DNA of 64,000 nucleotides. Source: the human T2T-CHM13v2.0 reference genome, Homo sapiens. Of this stretch, positions 52,446 to 64,000 are shown one piece after another. Position numbers and translations under genes: made by a program. Position 1 is the stretch's first letter, and every line of letters starts with the position of its first letter. The stretch is taken from NCBI RefSeq assembly GCF_009914755.1, contig NC_060938.1; one strand, written 5' to 3'. The notes under the pieces are model-generated. The model worked only from the letters and a program-made list of their open reading frames with translations. It had not been told where the DNA came from and made no database searches.

Positions 52446-53794
52446 GTTTTACCATAAGTGACAATTCTTGAGTCATTTTTATTAAATGAGAAGCTGATTT
52501 TTACTTTAAATCAGTATTCTAGAGAGCTTTCATAGATTTCCAGACTCTTGAGCCCAATTCTCTTAACCAGATAAGAGATTGGTGTGGCACAACTATAATA
52601 TGTATTCCCCAGAAGTTATCCTAGATTTGGACTATGCCTAACATTCCAAGCCTATTAATTTCATAGAATATAGATTGTAATGGGTCAAGCAGAAAGAAAA
52701 GATTAGAGACTTATAGTTGCTTAATTCAAGAATTACACACTCCCTTAAGAAAAATGAGAACGATGTTTCAACTCTTTTGCCATATTATCTTGTAAGGAAG
52801 TCAAAGTACTGTGTCAGGGGGTTGGGCATACAAAGGGGGCTTTGCACTTTCAAATGGGTTGACAGTGATTATTCATTTTTTTAAGATAAGGAAAGTAAAG
52901 TCAAGGAAGTTAATCTTACCAAATAGCAAATCACTTTTTAATTGTCTACCTCGAAACAAGGTCTTTTGATTCTCAGCATATTGAGTTTTACTTGAGGCTC
53001 CGTAGGAGCAAAAAAAAAAAAGCAAGCTTGAACACTGACTATGATAGGTTTCATGAAAAAAGTGAAACCTTAACAAATCTCATGGTGGCGATAAGTAGAG
53101 GAAGACTTGAGGACTCCTTTTTTCATTTACCCAATAAAGGAAATAGTTGCCTTTGTTTCATTTTACTCTGTTGGAATGCATGTAATACAGCTGGAAAAAG
53201 TCATCCTGGGGAGAACTTCCTTATTTCAAAGGAAAACTTAAATTGAACCACTGTGGGAGAAACGAAGCCATCGGGCACAACTATGATGGCTTTTAATGAG
53301 ACTATACTAGGCCAGCAGGTAACCTTGGTGCTGAGTCAAACTCCAGAGAAAGATGGTGAGAGATCAACGGAAGAGTGGAGGGGAGAGGTAGAGCAGGAGC
53401 TTGAAGCTGGCAGCCAACCAGGAAGTTATAGAGGAGCTAAATTATGCATCTTATTTAGTACATTTATTATAGGAACATTTCTAAACAAACAACCCGAAAC
53501 AAATGTGACTATTCATAAGCTCCCTGCTGTCCTGAGCAGATTTAGTGCTTGACAATTTTATCATAATGGCTTTGTGGTGTTTGCTGAGTTTCATCTCTTT
53601 ACAGCATTTTATGAATTGTCATTTTATGGGGATTTTAAACAGGCTGCATTTGCCCTTCATTTGTGGTTGTGCAACCAAGTCAGAAATGGATACATGTAGA
53701 GTGAAGATGGCACAGGAATGGGAAGAACATTGTTGTCTAAATCATATTCAACTTAAGTTTTTGGTTGGCATTTACCAGATCATTATTCTTCCCT

Positions 53795-54485
53795 ATTGTT
53801 TATTAATTTATTCTAAGAACTTTTGAGCATCATCTCTTTTGTATTGGGGTTTGAATTCTAGATCCTGGGAGCATGAAGAGGGATGAGGTGAGATCTTGAT
53901 GTCAGGAATTGCAGTTTTCAGAGCTGGAGACAAACATGAAAAAGGTGAAGGCAGACCTAGATAGATAAAGGTATCAAATGGTGTGAGGCATAAACAAGGG
54001 TATAGTCATTCTACCTGGAAAGTAATGGGAAGAGCCAGAATGAATTTCAGAGAGGAAATGATGAGAGTATCACTGATGTAGAAATAAAGCGAGCAGACAA
54101 AGTCAGCAATAGGCAAGATATGAATTAGCTTGGTGGTTTAGGGAAATGGAAGCAGAGCAGAATAACTGGAGCATGAAGGGGAGACAGAGGAGTAGACACA
54201 GCCAGAGTAAAGACTGGTAAGACAGGGCCAGGGGATGGATAACTCTATATACCATGTGAAGGAGTAGAGATAGACATAAGTTGAAGTTCCACAGCCAAGA
54301 TGACAAGTGGTATAGACGGAATCAAGGCAGTAGCACTGTGGCCAGAGGAGGCAAAAATTAGATATGATCAGTGGAAAGGGCATAGAATCTACAGTATTTG
54401 ATGACATATTGAGTGAGTGGTATGTGAGGAAAAGTGTGGAATCTAGAATGCGTCCGAAGTCTCTAGCTTGGGTGACTGAGTAATA
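53795..54485 (-). mobile_element. L2 fragment
   Basis: Purine-rich antisense L2; ends gaatctagaatgcgtccgaagtctctagcttgggtgactgagt. Confidence 0.65.
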
Positions 54486-54564
54486 TGATCATGTAAAAAG
54501 ATGTAAATCTCATTTGATATCCCAAGCTGGGGAAGCAGAATATACTCTTTAAATATATAAACAA

Positions 54565-54710
54565 AAAGTATACTGGAAGGAAGTATAACAAATATTAACA
54601 ATGGTAATCAATAAGTGATACAATTATAGGTTATATGTTTCATTCAGTGGTACAGTATTTTACAAAATAAAAATAATAAACATGAATCACTTTTAGGACA
54701 GGAACAACTA
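54565..54710 (+). mobile_element. L1ME4-type 3'-end fragment
   Basis: ctggaaggaagtataacaaatattaacaatggtaatc...aataaacatgaatcactttt. Confidence 0.6.
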
Positions 54711-57700
54711 TGATAAAAGTTTTTAAAAAATAATTGTAAGTAGAATAAAAAGAAGTTCCTATAAAATATTTTTTCTTGGAGCTTGGCTTGTGTAAATAGT
54801 TGTATGAATTGAAAAAATGGAACTCTATGAATATGCTGAACGATAAGGATTCCATTTTGAGTAATGATATACTTCCTTCTTTTCTTCTAGTTTTTGACAC
54901 TGATGTAATTCTCAAACTATATTGAACTAGAAAGCAAATAGCATGATAGGGAACAGCACTTAAGGCTTGCTTATTATTAACATATTTAAAATCCTAGTCG
55001 CTAGGATAGAGGAACATGGGAGTAGAGAAAGATTTTTCTTCTTTTCATGGTCCATGACACTGACTGGATGCATGGCTTGGTGCCAGTATCACTTCTTCGG
55101 AGTTTCTTGTGTCATGATTTCCTGAGGGTTTCATAAATGCTTTTGGAGGAGATAGTATTAAAAGTGTCTATATGCACGAGTTTTCCTGGATAATATTCCT
55201 ATCCATCAATCTTTCACATCCATGCTGTATGTATTTATACACATAGGCTTGGACATCTTTTATCAGCTTTAGTATATTCCAGTATTCTTTACAGTGACAG
55301 TCATTTCCTAATATCTTAAACATGATTTGTCAACAGATGCTCCTACACACTTTAAATTTTAAGAAATTGGCCCATTGTCCTTTGAATTTGAGTTGAACTT
55401 TTATTTCTGAAAGTCCTGAGAATTAATTTAAAACACTCTTAGCTCTTGATTCTAAAGAGCATTTACTTCTGTCTGAAGACATCTTTACACAGAAAAGGAA
55501 AAAAATCGATAGCTGACCTTAATATTTTCTTACTTCAAAGAGACCATTGACTATTCTTTTCTACTAGTTATTTGTGAACCTGTATCCTCATCTGGGAGTC
55601 TTAGCTTTTGATTAGAAATTCACCTTAAGTTTTTTTGTTTATCCTTTGTCCATAGTATTTCATAAGAGAAGTAATCCATCCTCTAGAGACTGTTACAAAT
55701 TTGAATTACTAAAAACCTGAAGCAGAACTGAACATTTGCCAGGATTGCACTCCCTGTGCAGGATTGTGCTCCCTCTTGATGCTTCCATCATTTCTGATTT
55801 TGATACCAGATTTCAATTTTCTTTAATTATGAGAAGCTATAGAACACCTCCTTGTTCTTTTTCCATTCCTAGAGGTAAGCAGAAGGAACATTGATGGACT
55901 TCAACTCCCATTATAACGTTAAAGTCTTTAGAGATGAGCTGAACATCATAAAGCAGGCTTTTCTGTCTTACCTTTCTCCTATTATCTCTGCTGCTTTTTT
56001 TTGCCTTGGCTCAATGCCTATTTCAATGTTGGGATTTCTGAGCTCTCCTGGGACTCAGAGTTTGCAGCATATGATCATACTCTAGGGGCAAGTGGGCAGA
56101 TAAAACTACCCACTTACCCATTTGCTAGGAAGAATTAGAAGGGAAGACGCACTTTGAGAATGCATTTTACCCAGGGGGATCATAATGACAAGCCATAGCC
56201 AGCAATAGATGACTACTGAATGGACCATCTGTCTCTGTAAAAGGCATTTCAACATGGTGAAGCCAGTAGCTGAGAGGCCAATTGAACTTTTAAAACAGTG
56301 AACAGCATGCATCTGGGCCTTATCTTCCAAGTTCTTGTTTTATTACGTTGCTATACCTTCAAAGTGCAGAGATAATATTTTTTTCCACGAGAAGATTAAG
56401 ATTTAGGCCAAAAGATTTTCTTTGGAGTTGTGTGAGAAAATGAGTAGAGGGGAGAAAGAGTGAAATTATACCTCTTTGCATATTAGATTCTATTCTCAAT
56501 CGGCACATTGCAGTTACATCCTGAAAATTAATGAGATTTTTTTTTTGCCTATAATTGTGTTGAACTTATATCTGAATTGATGGCTTGACTTCTCAAAAAT
56601 ATAGGTCTGGAAGATACGTACCTCAACATAAAGGAGAAAAGGCATATATTATCAAAATGGGATATAATCTAGATATGAAAGACTTGACTTTGAATTTTGT
56701 TGCTAGCTAAGTCAGTCTAAGTGACACTAAAAATATAGGAATAAAGTAAAGGCAATGGCTTCATAAAATTTAAATAAAATATTTTAAAATATCTATTAAA
56801 ATTAAAGATAAAATTCTGTAATTTAGAATTTTAAGATATGACATAGCTAAATAACCTTAATCAGCGTAAGTTTTATTATGGCTATAGCTATAATTTCATT
56901 AAGAAACCTATTTGATCTCTAATGAATCAAACTCAGTAAACTTCAATTTTCCAACTTCAACCAATCTCAGGGTGTATTATCTCCATTTTCCTTGGTAGTG
57001 ACTTGTTACTGATATTTTAACAGAGCTTTGAACTGTTTAAATGCGTTTGTCATATGCCTCAGAGAGATTTAGTCCCTGACTAGTTGTCAATACAGATTGT
57101 GATTCTTAAGTTGTCTTTATTATGGCCTGAATCAAACAAATCCTGAGTTCCCTTCCCCCATGAAATCATTGCCCATTCCAAGCAGTCTCAGTGTTTATAC
57201 ACGTGTCACCTAAATGCACTTTTCTTAAAACTTCTCCGGATAGCGGTTGTTTCCATTAAGATGTGGAAATAGCAAATTGGCTAGCATGCAGCTCTTGCCT
57301 ATGATGTGGGGAGCACCACCAAATAAAGATGAAAGTGCAAACCTTTTCTTGCTCACCTGTCTAAATTCTACTGAGTCATTGTAAGGAGAAGATAGAAGAC
57401 AGTTGTCTCTTCGAATGGAGAAGACATCTGGTTAAATGTAAAATATGTGGATTATGTAATAAAGAATTATAAACATATCAAGTAATACATTGAGAATTGC
57501 TGAATTTGCAGGGCAAAATTTGAAATTGACATCCTGGAGAACAGTGAATATGCCTTGACTGGCTATCACTTTTATAGCGTTTCCTCGCCCTTTGTGGTGA
57601 TTTACTAGGACAATTTCCTAGTTCCCATATTTTTATTCTCCTAAACTCCACATCGCACGCATTCCAACTTGCACCTCCACAGGCTGTTGTAAGCCTTCAC

Positions 57701-58151
57701 CTTCTGGTCACAACATTCCTACAGATAACTCCTAAGGGTACTCCTAAGAGAGTGCTTGCATGTAATAAATGACCTGCAATTTCAATTAAATGGGCTTAGG
57801 AGATTGTGGATCAGTGTGTGCATAATCCTTCATTAGTCTTTTCCTTGCATGATTGTTGTGGCTCTTGAGAAAAATGAAGACTTTTTTTTTTCTTTTCCTG
57901 TTTTAGAATATAAGGCAGGATAAAGCACAAAATTCCAGGACTAGGGAAAGAATGCTTTAGAATTTTGTTTTTTTGGCTTTCACGTGAAGACTTATCTAGG
58001 ATTTAATATTGTCCATGTATGGCTTTAGTTCTTAATTTATAGCTTCATCTCGAGTGGTTTCTCAAACCCTTAAAGGTCTGCTTTCATTTCCTGTGGGCAG
58101 AGTATTTCTTTTTTGTTCTCTCCGTAAAGCATATCTCTGTAGTATTTGTTT

Positions 58152-58902
58152 GTCAGTTAGGCAGGATCCTAGCAGGAACAGATGCTTATACCTCAAATTG
58201 AGTCTTTTGAGGAAAGTGTATTAGAAAGAACATCCACAAAGGTGTGAACAGACTATAAAAAGGCAACACAGGATGAAGTGTACTTATGGGAAAGTGACAG
58301 AGGCAGCATTTCCACCCCTGTAAAAGGAGAGTCACTGGAGGTAGGGAGAGGACAGAGAGAACATTCTATATCACTATTCCAAATAGTATGGATGCAGAAA
58401 AGAGAGAGAAGCCAGGGCAATTAGTGTATTCTCTGAACTTCCTCTCTTCCTTTCCTTTCTCAAAACTGCTGCAGTTGCTTCCCATCAGAAGAACCAGTCA
58501 GATAAAAGACCAGGGATCTGGGCCAGGCGCAGTGGCTCATGCCTGTAATCCCATCACTTTGGGAGACCGAGGCAGGCGGATTGCCTGAACTCAGGAGTTT
58601 GAGACTAGCCTGGGAAACATGGTGAAACCCTGTCTCTACTAAAATACAAAAAAATTATCCAGGCATGATGGCATGCTCCTGTAGTTCCAGCTACTCAGGA
58701 GGCTGAGGCAGGAGAATTGCTTGAACCCAGGAAGCAGAGGTTGCAGTTAGCCCAGATGGTACCACTGCACTCCAGCCTGGAAGACAAGGGACCTGTTGTT
58801 TCTGTTGATGCAGCTTTTGTAGATCAGCTCTCTAGAGTAAAGCAGGATGGAAAAATGCAAAGAGTAAAGCTGAAGGAGCAAATGGAAGATAATCAATGCA
58901 CA
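58152..58902 (-). mobile_element. LTR33 (ERVL) split by an Alu
   Basis: caggatcctagcaggaacagatg at one end and agagtaaagctgaaggagcaaatggaagataatcaatgcaca at the other match antisense LTR33 termini. Confidence 0.7.
58521..58780 (+). mobile_element. AluS (Sg7-like) without its 3' end or poly-A tail
   Basis: ggccaggcgcagtggctc...ggattgcctgaactcagg...cactccagcctgg. Flanked by aagac(c/a)aggga(t/c)ctg at 58506-58520 and 58781-58795. Confidence 0.93.
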
Positions 58903-59119
58903 GGGTGAATGTATTTTGGTCTCTGCTGCCACTACCAACAAGGCTGAGTGCACAGCAAATTTCTTGATTACTGGACTGAAAAGATCTGTAATTAGGAGCT
59001 CATTACACATCCACTGGAACTTCAAAAGTCCATAGTTTGATTTGGGTAAGTTATTCTCTGGAGCCCAAAAGAAAAGGCTTGAACAAGAGTCATTGCCTGG
59101 TGAACGTTTATGGTAGTAC

Positions 59120-59270
59120 ACTTGTTATTCCTGGATACTCCAGATTCATTCTCAGCACAGCTCTGGCTTGCTCTGTCTCCTGGGAGACTGGCCACTTCTG
59201 ATTACATCTCGGTACTCCCTAGACCTTTAGCTTCTGGTTGGGGTCTCAAAATGAGAAGCTCTGGCTAAGC
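59120..59270 (+). mobile_element. LTR33 5' fragment
   Basis: ctccagattcattctc...tgctctgtctcctgggagactggcc...agcttctggttgggg. Confidence 0.5.
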
Positions 59271-59513
59271 AAACAGGTGTTGTTGTTTTTTTTTTTTAAT
59301 AAACTAATAAAACCCAAGAGGTTAGGGATTGTGTTTCTTTTTCTTTATTTCTTTCACAAACCCAGAAGAATAAGGCTATATATATTACAATAAATATGTG
59401 CTACATTATTGATTGGCTGGAGGTTCATAAAATGTGTCTCAGCCTGCATCCCAAAACAAATTCCAATGTCCATTATGAATGTTGCTACAGGGAGAGATTT
59501 ATTTCCCATCATG

Positions 59514-59620
59514 ATTCACTCATTCAACAAATATTAATTGACACTCCCGCCCACTCTATGCCATGTTGAGCACTGGGAATCACAGGTGCAGTGGAGGGTG
59601 ATGCAGATGGAGCACTTGCC
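59514..59620 (-). mobile_element. L2 3' end
   Basis: attcactcattcaacaaatattaattga...ctctatgccatgttgagcactggga. Confidence 0.65.
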
Positions 59621-59639
59621 TTGATGGCACTTAGAGAAT

Positions 59640-59880
59640 GACATGGTGAGAAGAGCTTGAGCTTCGGAGCCCAGCAGATGTGGGGCCCTGGTTCCAGGAC
59701 TGGTTTTGTGAAATGCTGGCAAGCTTACATTACTTTTTACAAATCAGTTTTTCTTATTTGTAAAAATGGCGATATTAATATTTTGTAATTTTATTTTTGA
59801 GAAATAAAATAAGCATAACAGATCACTTATAATAGTGCTGGGTACACAGCCAGAGGTCAACACATATTAGCTACTATGAT
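59640..59880 (+). mobile_element. MIR
   Basis: tcagtttttcttatttgtaaaaatgg...tagtgctgggtacacagccagaggtcaacacatattagctactat. Confidence 0.7.
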
Positions 59881-62024
59881 TAGTGAACTGCATGGGGACA
59901 GGAAAGAGCATGAAAGGGCATTGGTGATGCCAAGGTGGGGGAGCACTGGCCTTAGAGGGGGACAATTCCAAGCGTTGAACAAGCCACTTAAAAGAGGCCT
60001 ATACCAAGAGAAGGGACAAAAATTCCTTTCTTGGTGCAACGAGAAAATCTTGCTTCTCAGAGTGGCAAGGCAAGATTCAGTATGTCAGGATGCTTGGTAC
60101 TGGGATTTGCCTGTCAGCCCAACTTTCATGGTGCCATGTTTTGAATCCTCTACTGTGTATGGTTGAATGGCGGAGGAGAATAGCAAAACACTTGCTACCT
60201 CTCTAACAGAATTAAACTCAGAGGAGGGAGAGGTGCTCTTTTCAACTCCCATAGTCCCCAGTTTTGACACTTTAGAGCCACACTGGGGCTCAAAGAAAGA
60301 AGATGGGATGCAGCATTGTGGAGACAGCTGGGATTCCGGTGAAAATTTTAGTGAAAGCATTAGTCAGCAGCTGTTTGGAAGAGACAAGAGGCATGCCCTG
60401 AGGACCTGAGAACCAAAAGGTGCTGAGATTTAGGATGCATAAAGCAGGAGATGAGGAAATAAAAACCAGTCCCCATATAGTAGCTGTAGTGGACTAGCCC
60501 ATAAATGCAGAACAGGGATGCACAGAGACATCCAGGGGGATAAATTACCCTAGGGTTGCACAGAAATACCCATGGGGATGAAATTACCAAAGGATTGGGG
60601 TTAGGGTCTCTCTGAGAGACACATTTTATTTCTCTTTTGGTGATTCCCAGTCATCTACATATTTCTAATGATGAAACATAATTTCAAAAGTTAGGAAATA
60701 CAAATAATACTTTTAGAATATTAATAACAATGTAAGAAAATTCTACTATAAAATATACAAAAAGCAATAACTTATAGTGTACAATGATAATGGGGTCCAG
60801 TGTTAGGATAAAGTTTTAAAGTACAGGTAGACCTCATTTCATTACACTTCACTTTGTTGCACCTCACAGATACTACATTTTTTACAAAGTGAAGGTTTGT
60901 GGACACTGCATCAAGCAAGTCTATCGGCACCATTTTTCCAACAGCTTGTGCTCACTTTATGTCTGTGCATCGATTTTGGTAATTTGTGCAATATTTCAAC
61001 TTTTCATTATTATTATATTTGTTACAAGTGGTCTATGATTAGTGATCTTTGATGTTGTCGTAATTGTTTTAGAACTCCAGAAACCATGCCCATATAAAAT
61101 AGGGAACTTAATCAATAAATGATGTGTGTTCTTACTGCTCCACCTACTGTCCATTCCCCCATCTCTCTCCCTCTCCTTGCCCCTCCCTATTCCCTGAGAT
61201 ACAGCCATATTGAAATTAGGCCTATTAATAATCTTACAGTGGCCTCTAAGTGGTCAAGTTAAAGGCAGAGTTGCACATCTCTCACTTTAAATTGAAAGTT
61301 AGAAATGATTAAGCTTAGTGAGAAAGGCATGTCAAAAGCTGACTTAGGCCAAAAGTTATGCTTCTTGAGCCAAACAATTAGCTAACTTGTGAATGTAAGG
61401 GAAAAGTTCTTGAAGGAAATTAAAGGTGCTACTTCAGCTGAGACACAGATGATAGGAAACCAAGTGAGCCTTATTGCTGATATGGAGAAAGTGTTAGAGG
61501 TCTAGATAGAAGATCAAACTAGCCACAATATTTCCTTAAGCTAACACCAAACCCAGGGCAAGGCCCTAATTGTCTTCAATTCTATAAAGCTTGAGATTGG
61601 TGAGGAAGCTACAGAAGTCTTCAAAGCTAGCAGAGGCTAGTTCATGAGGTTTAAGTAAAGAAGCCATCTTCATAATCTAAAAGTTCAAGGTGAAGCAGTT
61701 AAGTGCTGATGTAGAAGCTGCAGCAAGTTTTCCAGAAGATCTAACTAAGATAATTGATGAAGGTGGCTACACTAAACGGATTTATACGTAGATGAAACAG
61801 CCATATATTGCAATAAGATGCCATCTTGGATTTTCATACCTAGAGAGGGGAAGACAATCCCTGGCATCAAAGTTTCAAAGAACAATTCAGCTCTTGTGAT
61901 AGAGACTATTGCAGCTGGTGACTTTAATTTAAAGCCAATGCTCATTAAAAGAAATCCTATGGCCTTTAAAATTTATGCTAAATCTACTCTGCCTACACTC
62001 TATAAATGGAACAACAAAACCTGA

Positions 62025-62370
<346 letters not shown>

Positions 62371-63417
62371 TATAAGCCCACTTTTAAGACCTGCTGGTCA
62401 GAAAACCATTCCTTTCAAACTATTGTTACTCATTGACAATGTACCTGGTCACCAAGAACTCTGATGAAGATGTACAAGAAGATGAATGTTCCTTTCACAA
62501 TGATAACATTCATTCTGCGGCCCATGGACCAAGGAGTAATTTCACCTTTCTCTTATTTAAGAAATATATTTAGTAAGGCTACAGCTGCTAGAGATAGTGA
62601 TTTTCTGATAGATCTGAGAAAAGTACATTGCAAACTTGCTGGAAAGGATTTTCCATTCTATATGCTATTAAGAACACTCAGGATTCATGGGAGGAGGTGG
62701 AAATAGCAACATTAATAGGAATTTGAAAGAAGCTGATTCCAACCCTCATGGATGACTGTGAAGGATTCAAGACTTCAGTGGAGGAACTAACCATATGTGG
62801 TGGAAATAACAGGATAATTGGAATGAGAAGTGGAGGCTGAAGACGAATTGCTGCAATCTCATGATAAAACTTGAACAGATGAGGAGTTGCTTCTTAAAAA
62901 TGAGCAAAGAAAGTGTTCTTTTTTTTTTTTTAGAAGAAATCTACTCCTAGAGAAGATGATACATAAACAGTGTTGAAAGGACTACAAAGGTTTTAGAATA
63001 TTATAAAAACTTAGCTGATAAAGCAACTGCAGCGTTTGAGAAGTCTGACTCTAATTCTGTGGGTAAATGTTGTCAAACAGCAACACAGGCTACAGAGAAT
63101 TCTTTTATGAAAAGAAGAGTCAGTCAATATGGCAGACTTTATTGTTGCCTTATTTTAACTATTTCTCACAGCTGCCTCAGGCTTTAGCATCCACCACCCT
63201 GATCAGTCAGCAGCCATCAACATTGAGGCAAGGTCTTCCACCAGCAAAAATATTACAACTCTCTGAAGGCTCAGATAATCATTAGTATTTTTTACCAATA
63301 AAGTATTTGCTAATGAAGATATGTACATGGTTTTTTATACATAATATTTTTGCACACTTAATATACTACAGTATGGTGTAATCATAACTTTTATATGCAC
63401 TGGGAAACCAAAAAATA

Positions 63418-63535
63418 TTTTTTTTTTTTGAGACGGAGTCTCGCTCTGTCGCCCAGGCTGGAGTGCAGTGGCGTGATCTCAGCTCACTGCAAGCTCTGCC
63501 TCCCGGGTTGAGCCATTCTCCTGCCTCAGCCTCCC
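63418..63535 (-). mobile_element. 5'-truncated AluY (right arm only) inserted in Tigger1
   Basis: Poly-T, then gagacggagtctcgctctgtcgccc...cagcctccc. TSD gaaaccaaaaa at 63404 and 63536. Confidence 0.95.
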
Positions 63536-64000
63536 GAAACCAAAAATTTTGTGTGACTTGTTTCATTGAGATATTCTTTTTATTGTGGTGGCCTGGAACC
63601 AAACCCATAATATTTTCGAAGCATGCCTGTATTATTTTCTTTTAGTCCTGTCAAGTGTGTCTCAAAAGCACTATAGCTTTTGAGATAATTTGGAAGTCTT
63701 TTGTGAAAGTGAAACACACATGAAATAATCCTTCTTCCATTCTCTCTTCTCTTCATCCCCCATACCAAGAATGAGCCTTAATTGTGGTGCTATAATAGCT
63801 GACGGGAGCAAGAACAGCCACAGACACAGTTGGGAAGTTTTTTGTTTTTTTACCCACAGACTAGGTCAGCCTGGGTGATCTCATGTCCCACATGTGGTAG
63901 CCTGTAATATGGTAAGTGTTTGCTGTCTCTGCTCTCTTGACTCCAATTTTCTTCTCAGCCTAGCCTTAGCTTCTTTTTCCATCACTCTAGTGGAACACTT

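Noticed and set aside
59857-60590. Cluster of overlapping 60-96 aa ORFs in slightly GC-richer DNA
   Set aside because: No recognisable protein similarity or consistent splice structure. It may be an ancient CR1/L3-like remnant, but the match is too weak to call.

Overview
AT-rich, CpG-depleted catarrhine primate genomic DNA, most likely human, judged from AluY/AluS/AluJ, L1PA/L1MA, THE1/MST/MLT, MER9 and Tigger elements. About half of the window is recognisable interspersed repeat, often nested. The main blocks are a minus-strand L1M (10.7-17.6 kb), a Tigger2a split by a 4.2-kb L1MA, an old plus-strand L1 (45.3-51.1 kb) and a near full-length Tigger1 (60.8-63.6 kb). I cannot support any intact protein-coding gene, RNA gene or CRISPR array. 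The listed ORFs are L1/Tigger/Alu remnants, microsatellite frames or chance ORFs. I found no new gene system. The most unusual signal is a set of apparent template-switch or repair scars: (1) a 47-bp segment copied in inverted orientation from 29.4 kb into an Alu 22 kb away at 51.75 kb; (2) a 233-bp AT-rich fold-back with perfect 35-bp arms; (3) a perfected 19-bp hairpin with a third arm copy inside an MLT1E; (4) a clean 49-bp micro-inversion inside a MIR. There are also a tailless Alu with a TSD, a speculative 33-nt RBFOX/SRRM4-type microexon, and homeodomain-motif clusters in repeat-free islands. Repeat subfamily names come from my recall of consensus sequences, not from a RepeatMasker run. 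Boundaries of old repeats are approximate.
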